This document shows, one piece after another, positions 26,777-37,400 of a stretch of DNA of 43,280 bases. The notes beneath the pieces are model-generated. The model searched no databases. It worked only from the letters and a program-made list of their open reading frames with translations, and was not told where the DNA came from. Location: NCBI GenBank assembly GCA_020627525.1, contig JAHDGP010000001.1:1-43280 (forward strand). Direction: 5' to 3'. The DNA comes from Bacteroidota bacterium (lineage in GTDB: Bacteria; Bacteroidota; Bacteroidia; Chitinophagales; UBA2359). Made by a program: the position numbers and the translations under genes. Within the stretch, counting starts at the first letter, position 1; every line of letters starts with the position of its first letter.

Positions 26777-29700
26777 CTACTTTGTGTTTAATCCTTTTCC
26801 AAATAATTTACTCATTGTTCTATCTGTTAAAAAGTACATTACAGGTACAATGACAAGTGTAAGGAAGGTGGCGAAGATTAATCCAAAAATTACTGTCCAC
26901 GCCATTGGACCCCAAAACATAACATTATCACCACCAATGTAAATGGCAGGGTTGAAATCTCTCAGCAATCCTGTAAAGTCAATATTGAAACCAATAGCCA
27001 ATGGAATCAATCCAAGTACAGTGGTAATTGCAGTCAATAAAACAGGTCTTAAACGGGTTGCACCAGCTTCTACTATCGAATCAACAACCTCTTGTTTTGA
27101 AAGTCTTTTTTGATCTGATAATGCAAGTCCAGCACGTTTTCTCTGTCTGACAAGGTTGGTGTAATCTATCAATACAATTGCATTGTTTACAACAATTCCC
27201 GCTAATGAAATAATACCAATCCCCGTCATAATAACGATAAAGTCCATTTTGAAAATAGAGTATCCCAAGAAAACCCCTATAGTACTAAATACAACCGATG
27301 CAACAATAATTGCTGGCATCGCAATAGAGTTAAACTGTGATACGATGATTAAAAATATCAGTGCAACTGCAATTAAAAGAGCTGTCATTAGAAAGGCTGT
27401 AGACTCTTCTTGTTCTTCTTGCTCTCCAGTAAATTGAACCATATACCCTTCTGGCAATTGGTAATCTGCCATTAAATCTCTATAAGCAGAAACAATTTTA
27501 GTTCCGTTGAATCCTTCCAAAACATTAGAAGACAAAGAAACAACCCTTTGTAGGTCTTTTCTTTTTACTGATCCAATTGTTGACTCGTAATCGGAACTGG
27601 CTACGGCAGAAACAGGTATTTGAACTACTTGTCCATTGCTTTGATTTTTGAAAGTTATCTTTTGATTTAAAATAGTTGATAAATTATGACGATTCTCTTC
27701 ATTGAACCTCAGGTTAATTGGATATTCGTCTTCCCCTTGCTTAAAGGTTGAAACCTCTTTTCCGAAAACAGCCGTTCTTATATCGCTTGCAATCATACCT
27801 GTAGAGAGTCCGTATCTTCTCGCTTTGTCTCGGTCAATATTTACCAGCAACTCAGGCTTGTCTTTTTCTAGATTTACCTTTAATTCTTCGACTCCTTCAA
27901 CTCCAGAGTTTTCAAGATAAGTTTTTATATCTTCTGTCAATGCAATTAAGGTTTCATAGTCTTCTCCAATAACGTCTACATTTACAGGTGGTCCTGTAGG
28001 TGGTCCGTTTTGCTCTTTTTCTACAGTAATACTTACACCAGCAAAGTCTGACAAATTTTTTCTAATTTTCTCAAGAATTTCATTTGTTGATTGGTTGTTT
28101 CTTTTTTCAAATTCATAGAAAAAGATAGATACTCTTGACTTGTTTGGAGTGGCACTGGTGTTAAATCCTTCCATCGGATTACCAGCTCCTTTTCCAACAT
28201 TTGCCAAAACAGCTTCAACCATATATTCATAAGGCTCCAAGGTTTCAATTACGATGTCCTCTATTTCCTTGGTTGTTCTATTTGTTTTTTCAATATCAGT
28301 TCCTATGGGATATTCATTGTAAATAAAAATTTGATTGGGCTCACCATCTGGAAATAAAACAACATTGGGTTCACTGGATACGAATAGAGCTAAAGAACCA
28401 ATCAACATTAGGACAGTTGCAAACATAAATAAAAACGGTAAGAAACTACTCAATGCTAGACGGAGGAAACCTTTGTAAACTTTTTCAAGTACAGGCATTG
28501 CTGTTTCTAAAAATATTTTTGACAACGGTCTGAAAATGAACGTTTGAACAAGTATCAATACAGCTACAATAGCAGCTAAGCTTCCAATAATTCGCAATCC
28601 GCCACTATTGTTTTTAAATCCAAAGAAATAGGCAACGGTAGCAATAACTGCAAAGAATAAAAATGATAAGAATATTTTGGTGTAATTATTTTTTGCGTTT
28701 GGATCTTCCAAAACCATAAATCTAGAGGTTAAAACCGGATTGACAACCAATGCAACAAATAGAGATGATGCTAAAACAATTATCAATGTCATAGGTAGAA
28801 ACTTCATAAACTCACCCATAATTCCTTCCCAAAACAATAGAGGGACAAAGGCTGCTAAGGTCGTTGCTGTAGAAGCAATAATCGGCATCGCTACTTCACC
28901 TGCTCCCTCCTTCGCTGCACGGTACGGATCATACCCTTCTTGCATAAGTCGATAAATATTTTCGACAATAACAATACCATTGTCAACCAACATTCCCAAA
29001 GCCAGAATAAGGGAGAATAAAACCATCATATTTAAGGTTGCTCCCATAAATTGAAGGATCATAAACCCCATCAACATAGACAGTGGAATAGCGATTCCAA
29101 CGAATAATGCATTTCTCAATCCAAGGAAAAATAGTAAAACCAATACCACCAGAATTACCCCGGAAATGATACTGTTTTCCAGATTGCTAACCATACTCCT
29201 CGTTTGCTTAGAAGTATCATTAATCAGTTGTACTTTCAACTCATCAGGAAAGATTTCTTTTTGAGATTTGGCAATCAACTCTTTTACTTTATCTGAAGCT
29301 TTCAATAAATTAGTACCGCTACGCTTAATGATATTCAGCGTTACAACAGGTTGTTTATTTCCTCTGGAATAACTGCTGCTTTCCTCATAATCAAATTTTA
29401 CAGAAGCGATATCTTTCAGGTAAACAATGTTCCCTTTGCTGCTTTTTACGATAACATTTTGAAGTTCATTTACATCTTTGAATTCTCCGACCACTCTGAC
29501 ATTTCTCCTAATACCATCAGCCAAAACATCCCCACCCGAAATGGTGAGGTTTTCATTGGCAACTGCTCCTTCAATATCTCGCATCGTAACTTGGCGAGCT
29601 TCCAACTTATGTACATCTATATTGATGGATACTTCTTTGTCCTGAACGCCCGAAATATCTACCCTTGAAATTTCACTAAACTTTTCAATTTCGTCTTGCA

Positions 29701-30199
29701 AATATTCAGCGTAATCTTTAAGAACATCAATATCATTATAGCCTGATAATAAAATATTCATAACAGGCAAATTGCCAAAATCCAACTTTAAAGCATTGGG
29801 TTCAGCAGGCAAATCATTTGGCAGTTCAGCCTTGTCGATGGCGTCTTTTACCTCTTGCAACGCTTTGTCTGGATCGACATTTAAGTCAAACTTAACACTG
29901 ATACTAGAAAAATCCTGAATAGAGGTAGAACTAACCTCGTCAATCCCAGTAATCGTATTTATCTCTTTTTCTATAGGACGAGTAATGAGGTTTTCAATAT
30001 CCAATGGCGAATTTCCTGGATAGGCAGACCCCACATAAATTTCCGGTATTTTTATTTCTGGAAAATTTTCTTTAGGCATAGAGGTATAAGAAATCAAGCC
30101 CATTGTAATAATCAAAAATACTATCACAAATACACTCGTTCCATTGTCAATTGCCAACGTACTTAAAAAAAACTCTCTTACCGTACTTTTCTTTTCCAT
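26777..30199 (-). CDS. RND efflux transporter permease (AcrB/HAE1-like)
   Basis: 1140-aa ORF with 12-TM topology and two large periplasmic loops. The sequence is typical of the family throughout, for example 'FFLSTLAIDNGTSVFVIV' and 'GMLVDNGIVIVENI'. Confidence 0.93.
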   Translation of the reverse strand: MEKKSTVREFFLSTLAIDNGTSVFVIVFLIITMGLISYTSMPKENFPEIKIPEIYVGSAYPGNSPLDIENLITRPIEKEINTITGIDEVSSTSIQDFSSISVKFDLNVDPDKALQEVKDAIDKAELPNDLPAEPNALKLDFGNLPVMNILLSGYNDIDVLKDYAEYLQDEIEKFSEISRVDISGVQDKEVSINIDVHKLEARQVTMRDIEGAVANENLTISGGDVLADGIRRNVRVVGEFKDVNELQNVIVKSSKGNIVYLKDIASVKFDYEESSSYSRGNKQPVVTLNIIKRSGTNLLKASDKVKELIAKSQKEIFPDELKVQLINDTSKQTRSMVSNLENSIISGVILVVLVLLFFLGLRNALFVGIAIPLSMLMGFMILQFMGATLNMMVLFSLILALGMLVDNGIVIVENIYRLMQEGYDPYRAAKEGAGEVAMPIIASTATTLAAFVPLLFWEGIMGEFMKFLPMTLIIVLASSLFVALVVNPVLTSRFMVLEDPNAKNNYTKIFLSFLFFAVIATVAYFFGFKNNSGGLRIIGSLAAIVAVLILVQTFIFRPLSKIFLETAMPVLEKVYKGFLRLALSSFLPFLFMFATVLMLIGSLALFVSSEPNVVLFPDGEPNQIFIYNEYPIGTDIEKTNRTTKEIEDIVIETLEPYEYMVEAVLANVGKGAGNPMEGFNTSATPNKSRVSIFFYEFEKRNNQSTNEILEKIRKNLSDFAGVSITVEKEQNGPPTGPPVNVDVIGEDYETLIALTEDIKTYLENSGVEGVEELKVNLEKDKPELLVNIDRDKARRYGLSTGMIASDIRTAVFGKEVSTFKQGEDEYPINLRFNEENRHNLSTILNQKITFKNQSNGQVVQIPVSAVASSDYESTIGSVKRKDLQRVVSLSSNVLEGFNGTKIVSAYRDLMADYQLPEGYMVQFTGEQEEQEESTAFLMTALLIAVALIFLIIVSQFNSIAMPAIIVASVVFSTIGVFLGYSIFKMDFIVIMTGIGIISLAGIVVNNAIVLIDYTNLVRQRKRAGLALSDQKRLSKQEVVDSIVEAGATRLRPVLLTAITTVLGLIPLAIGFNIDFTGLLRDFNPAIYIGGDNVMFWGPMAWTVIFGLIFATFLTLVIVPVMYFLTDRTMSKLFGKGLNTK

Positions 30200-30249
30200 A
30201 CCCTTTTATAAATTACAATTTGTATTTCTATTTCTATTTTTTCCTTTCT

Positions 30250-30344
30250 CACCAGCTCACTGAGCTCACAAAGGTCACTGAGCGAAGCCGAAGTGAACGG
30301 AGCCGAAGTGAGCCGAAGCACGGTTGCTGAGCGGAGTCGAAGCA
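30250..30344. repeat. Degenerate GC-rich repeat block filling the mfp-rnd intercistronic spacer
   Basis: It contains GCTCACTGAG (30255-30264), GGTCACTGAGCGAAGCCGAAGTGAAC and CCGAAGTGAGC (30303-30313). These are the same cores as the array at 31555-31761. The block abuts the mfp stop at 30345-30347. Confidence 0.7.
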
Positions 30345-31502
30345 CTACCTAATCCTCAAAAGTGAACCATCCTTAACCAAATTGCCGCCTTCCGCAACCA
30401 ATTCTTCGTCGCCAGTCAAACCCGCTTCTATAAGCGTTTGTCCCTCAAAAGATTTTCCTGTTTTTATTATTTGTTTTTTTGCTCGTTTACCCGAAGGAGT
30501 TTGTTCTATAACAAAAACAAACTCTTCACCAGCATTTCTTCTTACAATATTCGTTGGGACAACAATAGCATCTTCAGCCTTAAACTGAGAAATTTTTATC
30601 ATCGTCTGCAAATTAGGTTTTAAAACCCTGTCTTTATTCGAAATATTTGCCTCAATTTTAAATGTCCTGTTATTTGGATTAATGAGCGTTCCTATTTTAG
30701 TAATTTTTGCCTCACGATCCATATTCAAAGAAGGAATGTGAACATTTATTTTTGACCCTTTTTTAATTACTGGTAAATAAGTCTCAGCAACATCAGCAAC
30801 AACTTGAACATTTGCAGTACTGATGATATTTATAATCGGAACACCAGGCGATGCAAGTTCTCCTTGACGCAAATTAACTCGTTCAACAACACCACCCGCA
30901 GGAGCATAAACATTGGCTTTTGAAATTTGAGTGCCCAAAGTTTCAATACTCTTCTCTAAAGATTCAACATTGTTTTTAGCTGTTAAAAATTCGATCTCCG
31001 ATCCTATATTTTGCTTCCATAAACGCTCACGTCTTTCAAAAACATCTCTTGCCAATTTCAATTTCAATTCTAATTCCCCTTTGCTTTTAAGCGTAGACTC
31101 ATTGTCAATTGTGGCAACCAAACTGCCTCTGCCAATAGCGTCTCCTTCTTTGTAATTCATTGAAGTTATGGTTCCTGGAATTTCTGAAGTAGCAGTATAA
31201 TTTCCTTTCGTTTCAATGTTTCCAACGATTTCAATAAATTCCTCAAAGTCTTTTTTCTCCACTTTCGTAGTAGTAATGTTCAAGGCTTTTTCTTTCTTTA
31301 CCGACGAAGGGTCGAGCTCTGCAATTTCAGCTTCCAACTTTTCAATCTCTGCTTTCAACTCAGCAACCTTGTCTTTGTTTTTTGTAAGCGCTTCACGTTT
31401 TCCTTCAAGCGTACTGGTGTCAATCTCAGTATCATTCGAACAAGACCCCAATCCTATCAAAATAAAACCGATTAATGTTAATATATAAATGCTTCTTTTC
31501 AT
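30345..31502 (-). CDS. RND efflux periplasmic adaptor (membrane fusion protein), lipoprotein
   Basis: 385-aa ORF with lipobox 'LIGLGSCS'. It has a coiled-coil hairpin ('ELKAEIEKLEAEIAEL') and HlyD/barrel-sandwich layout. Confidence 0.9.
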   Translation of the reverse strand: MKRSIYILTLIGFILIGLGSCSNDTEIDTSTLEGKREALTKNKDKVAELKAEIEKLEAEIAELDPSSVKKEKALNITTTKVEKKDFEEFIEIVGNIETKGNYTATSEIPGTITSMNYKEGDAIGRGSLVATIDNESTLKSKGELELKLKLARDVFERRERLWKQNIGSEIEFLTAKNNVESLEKSIETLGTQISKANVYAPAGGVVERVNLRQGELASPGVPIINIISTANVQVVADVAETYLPVIKKGSKINVHIPSLNMDREAKITKIGTLINPNNRTFKIEANISNKDRVLKPNLQTMIKISQFKAEDAIVVPTNIVRRNAGEEFVFVIEQTPSGKRAKKQIIKTGKSFEGQTLIEAGLTGDEELVAEGGNLVKDGSLLRIR

Positions 31503-31554
31503 CCTAATAATTTATTCCAGTATTTTATATTTTTTTTCATAACTAAAAATTCAT

Positions 31555-31761
31555 CACTCCCGCTCCCGAAGTGAGCACTCCCGCTCCCGAAGTAAGCCCT
31601 CCGCTCACTGAGGTACTCGAAGTGAGCACTCCCGCTCCCGAAGTGAGCCCTCCGCTCACTGAGGTACTCGAAGTAAGCCCTCCGCTCACTGAGGTACTCG
31701 AAGTAAGCCCTCCCGCTCACTGAGGTACTCGAAGTGAGCTCACCAAGGATCTCGAAGTGAG
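31555..31761. repeat. Mosaic tandem repeat array (8 units of 21-31 nt) filling the tolC-mfp intercistronic spacer
   Basis: Unit A is CACTCCCGCTCCCGAAGT(G/A)AG (21 nt) at 31555, 31576 and 31627. Unit B is CCCTCC(C)GCTCACTGAGGTACTCGAAGT(G/A)AG (30-31 nt) at 31597, 31648, 31678 and 31708. A terminal 23-nt variant lies at 31739. Each B unit carries the inverted pair GCTCACT/AGTGAGC. Confidence 0.9.
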
Positions 31762-31764
31762 CAC

Positions 31765-33135
31765 TCAAAACACTCCGTTTGCTTTATCCAAGTTCGTTTT
31801 TGCAATTAGCAAATTGTATAGAGCCTGGAGAAACAATCCTTGAGTTTGATACAGTTCCGATTCGGCTGCATTTACTTCAAGGCTAGATCCTAAACCTTCT
31901 TTGTATTTAATAAGCGAAGTGTTGTATATCTTTTCTGCTAGAGAAATATTTTCTCTTTGACTTTTTAACTGTTCTAGTGAACTTAAGTATTCAACTCTTG
32001 TCTTATTGAGTTCTAAGTTGAAAGATTGCTCCAAAATAGATTTGTTGTATTTTAGTTGAATGCCTTTTAATTTTTTCTGTTCAATATTTGCAGAACCTTT
32101 AAATCCACTAAAGATTGGAACCTTTAACTGAAGTCCAACCAAAAAAGTAGGGAACCAGAAATTGGTGTCAGCAATTTTGCTCAATGAATTTTGCTGCCAA
32201 TTTTGCTGATAAGAAGCAAATGCTGACAAAGATGGACGCCCTTGCCATTTTACATTTTTTATATCCAATTCATTCAATAGTTCCTGTTTTTCCAGTAATC
32301 TATATTCAACTTTTGTTCTAGGGTTAAATTTGCTAGAATCATCAATTATAACATTTTCTATAAGTGGTAAAATTTTTTCCAAACCATCTGACAAACCAAT
32401 GTCTTGTTTTTCAGTATAGCCCATTTGGAATTTCAAAGCTTCTTTTGCCATATACAATGATCTTTTAGACGTTCCAATTTGAATATTTAAATTCGACAAT
32501 GATAAATTTAAACGATCAACATCTAAAAGCTCAATAAAGCCATTCTTATATAATTGAGTCGTTTCAAATAAAACTTTCTCAACATTGCTTTTGTTTTTTT
32601 CGAGAATCTCAATTTGTGCTTTGTTAAGCAATACACCGTAATAAGCTTGTGAAACAGAAAATTTAACTTGCTCTACAGATTGGGTTATTTCTTCATTTCT
32701 CAATGTTGCATACTCTTTTGCCGCTTCTAATGCAGTTAAGTAAGAACCACTGAAAACCAATTGGCTGGCATCCAAAGAAAACCCTACTGTATTATCGGTA
32801 CCAAACTGTAATTCTATGTATTGATCTTCAGGTGCATTAGGATCTCCAAATTGAGTAGCTGGAACCAGGTTAGTGGGTAATTGAAAGAAATGGTTGAAAT
32901 CTAAATTAGCATTAATTTGAGGCAAACCTGTTGCCCTGATTTCTTTCATTTGCTGTTCAGCAATTTGCGTATCTGTTTTTTTTATTTTTATATTGATATT
33001 GTTATTGAGCGCATAAGCCTTTGCCTCCTCTAAACTGAAATATCTCAAAGAATCTTTTTCACTTTGCGCTAAACAAAAGTGTTGCATTAAAATTAAAATC
33101 AATGCATATATATATGTATTCTTATTCATGATCAT
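31765..33135 (-). CDS. TolC-family outer membrane efflux protein
   Basis: 456-aa ORF with signal peptide 'IYALILILMQHFCLAQ'. It shows the two-repeat alpha/beta architecture typical of OEP family proteins and is the first gene of the efflux operon. Confidence 0.85.
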   Translation of the reverse strand: MIMNKNTYIYALILILMQHFCLAQSEKDSLRYFSLEEAKAYALNNNINIKIKKTDTQIAEQQMKEIRATGLPQINANLDFNHFFQLPTNLVPATQFGDPNAPEDQYIELQFGTDNTVGFSLDASQLVFSGSYLTALEAAKEYATLRNEEITQSVEQVKFSVSQAYYGVLLNKAQIEILEKNKSNVEKVLFETTQLYKNGFIELLDVDRLNLSLSNLNIQIGTSKRSLYMAKEALKFQMGYTEKQDIGLSDGLEKILPLIENVIIDDSSKFNPRTKVEYRLLEKQELLNELDIKNVKWQGRPSLSAFASYQQNWQQNSLSKIADTNFWFPTFLVGLQLKVPIFSGFKGSANIEQKKLKGIQLKYNKSILEQSFNLELNKTRVEYLSSLEQLKSQRENISLAEKIYNTSLIKYKEGLGSSLEVNAAESELYQTQGLFLQALYNLLIAKTNLDKANGVF

Positions 33136-33284
33136 TACTTAGGAATGCTGATAAAATGAATTTTCAATTTTGCTTGGTTCATTTTTGTTTCTTACAGTAC
33201 AGAAAACATAGACCCACCAAGGCAAAGATGAGGTTTTCTGACAAAGCTAGAAGCAAAAAGCAACAGTTAAATTTGTAAAGTTAT

Positions 33285-33896
33285 TCAATCATCATCCTTA
33301 ATTATTTTAGTAAAATATTTAACTCCCTTTTCTGTCGAAATTCCCAAAACATGATATTTAATGAACTCAACATATACATCTGCTATATTGAATAAGTCCG
33401 GAGGGAATAACACATTATTGGTAATTTGCTCCAATTGACTCACGTACATCTTAGTAATAATATCAACATTTAAGCCACTTCTGTATAAGCCTTCAGAAAT
33501 TCCTAATTCTAGATTCTGTTTTATATATGCTGTAATGAATTCATCATGGTGATTTTCAATAATCGTCCAGCAGTTTTTGTAATACTTTTTTAAATCAAAT
33601 ACTGCTGATGGATTCATTTTTCTCAATATTGAATGATTAATTTTTGCTACCTCAACAAGCAAATCTATTGCATTAAATGATTTGTTTTCATAAATATCAT
33701 TGATTTGACTGGTTGATTTTGCAATATGGTCATTAATGGTTTGTCTTACTAAATCTTCTTTGTTTTCTACATATTGATAAATCGTTTTTTTTGACATTCC
33801 TAGTTCTTTGGATAAATCATCCATTGAAATACTCTTGATTCCATATCTAAAGAATAACTCCTTAGCAGTTGATATGATTTTATCTGATTCTTTCAT
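33285..33896 (-). CDS. TetR/AcrR-family transcriptional regulator
   Basis: 203-aa ORF with an N-terminal HTH 'GIKSISMDDLSKELGMSKKTIYQYVENKEDL'. It lies upstream of, and co-directional with, tolC-mfp-rnd. Confidence 0.9.
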   Translation of the reverse strand: MKESDKIISTAKELFFRYGIKSISMDDLSKELGMSKKTIYQYVENKEDLVRQTINDHIAKSTSQINDIYENKSFNAIDLLVEVAKINHSILRKMNPSAVFDLKKYYKNCWTIIENHHDEFITAYIKQNLELGISEGLYRSGLNVDIITKMYVSQLEQITNNVLFPPDLFNIADVYVEFIKYHVLGISTEKGVKYFTKIIKDDD

Positions 33897-33926
33897 TGCT
33901 ACAAAGATAATACATTAAAAACCCAG

Positions 33927-33952
33927 GAAACTATAAAATGGTTTACAGTTTC
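33927..33952. promoter_or_regulatory. Candidate TetR operator
   Basis: GAAACTaTAAA-atgg-TTTAcAGTTTC has 11-nt arms with one mismatch. It lies 31 nt upstream of the tetR ATG at 33896. Confidence 0.35.
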
Positions 33953-34445
33953 TATATTTTTTTTAGAAAAATGAATTTTTAGGCTAAAATCTTACGCGTT
34001 GTAATTGAGGTGGTAAGAAAAAATAGAAATAAATCAGTAACATTTAAGCTTGGACGAGTAATAATTTCATTAATTCTGCCAAAAAACAAATTGCATTGAT
34101 AATTATTGAAATCTTACCCGACTTTTATTATTTTACAGTAATTTTATCACTAAACTGCTGATTATTAGGATTGAATAGTATAACAGTATTGTGCAATATG
34201 ATAACATATTCATTTTTTTTGAGTTTGATTGACGTTAATAAAAGGTCAATGGTTGCCTTTTAAGTAGGGTGATTTTATAGATAATGATAAGGATTTGAGG
34301 AGGTAAGAAGTTGACGCCATTTTACCTGTTTTTTAGGTAAACTTCCAGTTAGCTTTGAGGTCAGAAAGCTGAAATTAGAAATTGATTTTGATTTTCTAAA
34401 GATTTTAAAACAATAAAAAAGAATATATAATTTAATTTTTATCCT

Positions 34446-37400
34446 ATGAGAAATACACAATTACGAAAATTTTGGTTCTTTGTGGGACTCTTGTTTACAC
34501 TTGCTCAAGTTGGATACGCACAATGCGGACCAGGGCAAGACAACACAAGACCTACCTTTGCAGAGCCATATTTTTCGTTAGATGTTTATGTAGAATGTGA
34601 GGAGGATGTGGTGATTACTCCCCCAACGCCAATGGATGATTGTACAACAAACCCTACCTTAACTATAGTTGAAGACATTACAACTACTGGATCTTGTCCC
34701 AATCAATTTATTAGAATAATTAATTATCAAGCGGAAGATGAAGCAGGAAATACAGCTTTATTCAGCTTGAGTATTCAAGTTTTGGATTTGGTTCCACCTG
34801 TTTTTGATCAATCTGCAAATGAATTGAATCAAACTGTAAGTTGTGAAGATGATATTGTTATAGTGGAGCCAACTGCTACAGATAACTGCAATATGCAGGA
34901 TGTTGCTATTTTCTCAACAGAAAATGAGCAAATTGGGGATTGTCCATTCAATTTTAATAGAACTGTTACATACAGAGCAATTGATGAATGTGATAACTTT
35001 TCTTTTTATTCAATTGTTTACACTGTTCAAGACAATGATGCGCCAGTCTTTGATTTAGCAGCAGGAGCTTTAGATCAAACGGTCAGTTGTGTTTCTGAAA
35101 TAGAAGCTTGGGAAATACCAACGGCAACTGATAATTGTGGAGATGCACAAGTGCAAATAGCCTCAGATGAAACTGTTGAAGGTGCTTGTGAGAATAGCTT
35201 TACCAGAACCATTGTTTATGAAGCAACAGATTTATGTGGAAATGTGGCTCAGTATCAAGCAGTAATAACTGTAAATGATGATACAGCACCAGTATTTACA
35301 ACAAATCCTGGTGAGCTTGATTTTGCATTTAATTGTTCTGATAATGTGGAAATTGACATCCCTCTTCCTGTTGCTACTGATAATTGTGAAGGAAATGTCT
35401 TAGTAAAAATTATTGGAGATGCATCTATAGACGGAGATTGTGCAGGCAGTTCGATAAGAACAATTACCTATGAAGCGGTTGATGCTTGTGGAAATCAAAG
35501 CGAACCTTTCACAGTTGAAATAACAATTGGTGATACAAGCCCTCCAGTTTGGGTAACTGAAATAAATGCTTTAAATATTGAATATGCTTGCGATGAAGTT
35601 GCGGATGTAATACCAGTTCCAGAAGCATCGGATTTATGTGGAAATGCTATAGTAGAACTTACTGGCAGTAATTCTATTGAAATGGGTTGTACCGGAAATT
35701 CGCAATTAGTATATATATATACCGCTACAGATGAATGTGGCAATGTTTCTGATGCTGAATTTATTGTAACTATTACAATTACTGATAATGAAGCACCTAC
35801 TTTTGTTGAAGAAGCTGGAGCATTGGATGTAGCACTTTCTTGTAATGAAGTAGCTGCTTTTACATTGCCAGTTCCTACTGCATCTGATAATTGTAGTGAA
35901 ACAGAAGTTACTTTAATAAATGATGAAACAACAACAAGTGCAACTTGCGCTGCAAATTATACAAGAGTTTTAACTTACCAAGTGGCAGACCTTTGTGGAA
36001 ATGAAGGGGAGACCTACGATGTCACAATTACTGTTTCTGATAATGAAGCTCCTAACTTAACTGGTTTGTTTGACGAAAATGTTTCTGCTGGTTGTGGCGA
36101 AACACCAGAGGTACCTATTGTTCAAGTAAATGACAATTGTGATTCAGATGTAGAGTTGGTCTATTCTGCTGATACGACTGAAGGAAGCTGTGCTGGTGGA
36201 TACATTATAACGAGAACTTGGTCAGCTACAGATGATTGTGGAAACACTGCTGAAAGAACGCAGGTAGTTGCTGTAGAAGATAACGTAAAGCCAGTTATTA
36301 CAGGAGTACCTGCAAGTACGAATGCAAGTTGTGACTTGATTCCAGAAGCAGGTGAACTACAGGTTTTTGATAACTGTGATGATGCTCCTGAAATAATATT
36401 TAACGAAAATATAGTAGATGGCAATTGCCCAAACAATTACACATTAAGAAGAGTTTGGCAAGTCATTGATGATTGTGATAATGAAACAATTGCAATTCAA
36501 GAAATAACAGTAAGAGATAATGAAGGTCCTGTTTTTGACAATTTCCCTGCAAATACAGAAGTGAGTTGTGGAACTGTTCCAGCAGCGGCTGAAGTAACAG
36601 CGATTGATAACTGTGGTGGTGATATTACATATGATTTTGAAGAAGCATACAATTATGATGAATGTCCTTACACATTGACAAGAACTTGGACTGCAACAGA
36701 TGCTTGTGGAAATGAAACTTCAAGATCTCAAATTATTACTTTAACTGACGAAGAAGGACCAACTTTTAACAATGTGCCTTTAGCAGCAAATGTTGACTGT
36801 AATGGAATACCTACTGCTGGTCAGCCAACTGTCTCAGACAATTGTGATGATAATGTGCAAATGCAAATGACAGAAGAAACGGAAGGAGATGGTTGCCCTT
36901 ATACAATAATTAGAACTTGGACAGCAACTGACCTTTGTGGGAATACAAACTCCGTTTCTCAAACAATTACTGTTTCAGATAATGCAGGACCAGAAATTCA
37001 AGATGTGCCTGCTGATATAACTATAAACTGTTCTGATCTAGAAGCAGCTCCAGAATTAATAGCAATAGATAATTGTGCTGGAGAATTGACGACAGAATTT
37101 GCTGAAATTACGAATGGTGAAGGTTGTGACCTTACTATAATAAGAACTTGGACAGCAACCGATCTTTGTGGAAATATTTCTACAGCTTCTCAAACAATTT
37201 CAGTTTCTGATGACGAAGACCCTACTTTCGATGTAGTTTTTGACAATCCATATGAAGTAGCTTGTGGAGGAACAATTCCTGAAATGCCAATAGTAAATGC
37301 ATTTGACAATTGTGGAGAAGTGACTGTGGAATTTGATGAGTCAAATAATTTTGGAATTTGTGAAGGAGATGAAACAATTTTCCGTAACTGGAGAGCAACA

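Noticed and set aside
31555-31761. Possible CRISPR array
   Set aside because: The units are contiguous with no unique spacers, are shorter than typical CRISPR repeats (21-31 nt), lie inside an operon, and no cas genes are in the window.
31499-31768. 89-aa ORF (-) 'MSAHFEILGEL..RAYFEYLSERR..AHFGSGS..' that exactly bridges the tolC stop and the mfp start
   Set aside because: It is the translation of the tandem DNA repeat. It has a TTG start inside the tolC stop context, repetitive peptides that mirror the 21/30-nt units, and codon usage unlike the surrounding AT-rich genes. GC-rich repeats rarely contain stop codons, and two of the three minus-strand frames of the B unit are open. The related repeat block at 30250-30344 gives no ORF. 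The unit lengths are multiples of three, so proteomics would be needed to exclude coding completely.
34275-34460. 61-aa ORF (-) overlapping the start of the giant gene
   Set aside because: It is antisense to the signal-peptide-encoding start of the giant ORF and lies in AT-rich leader DNA. It has no protein-like features.
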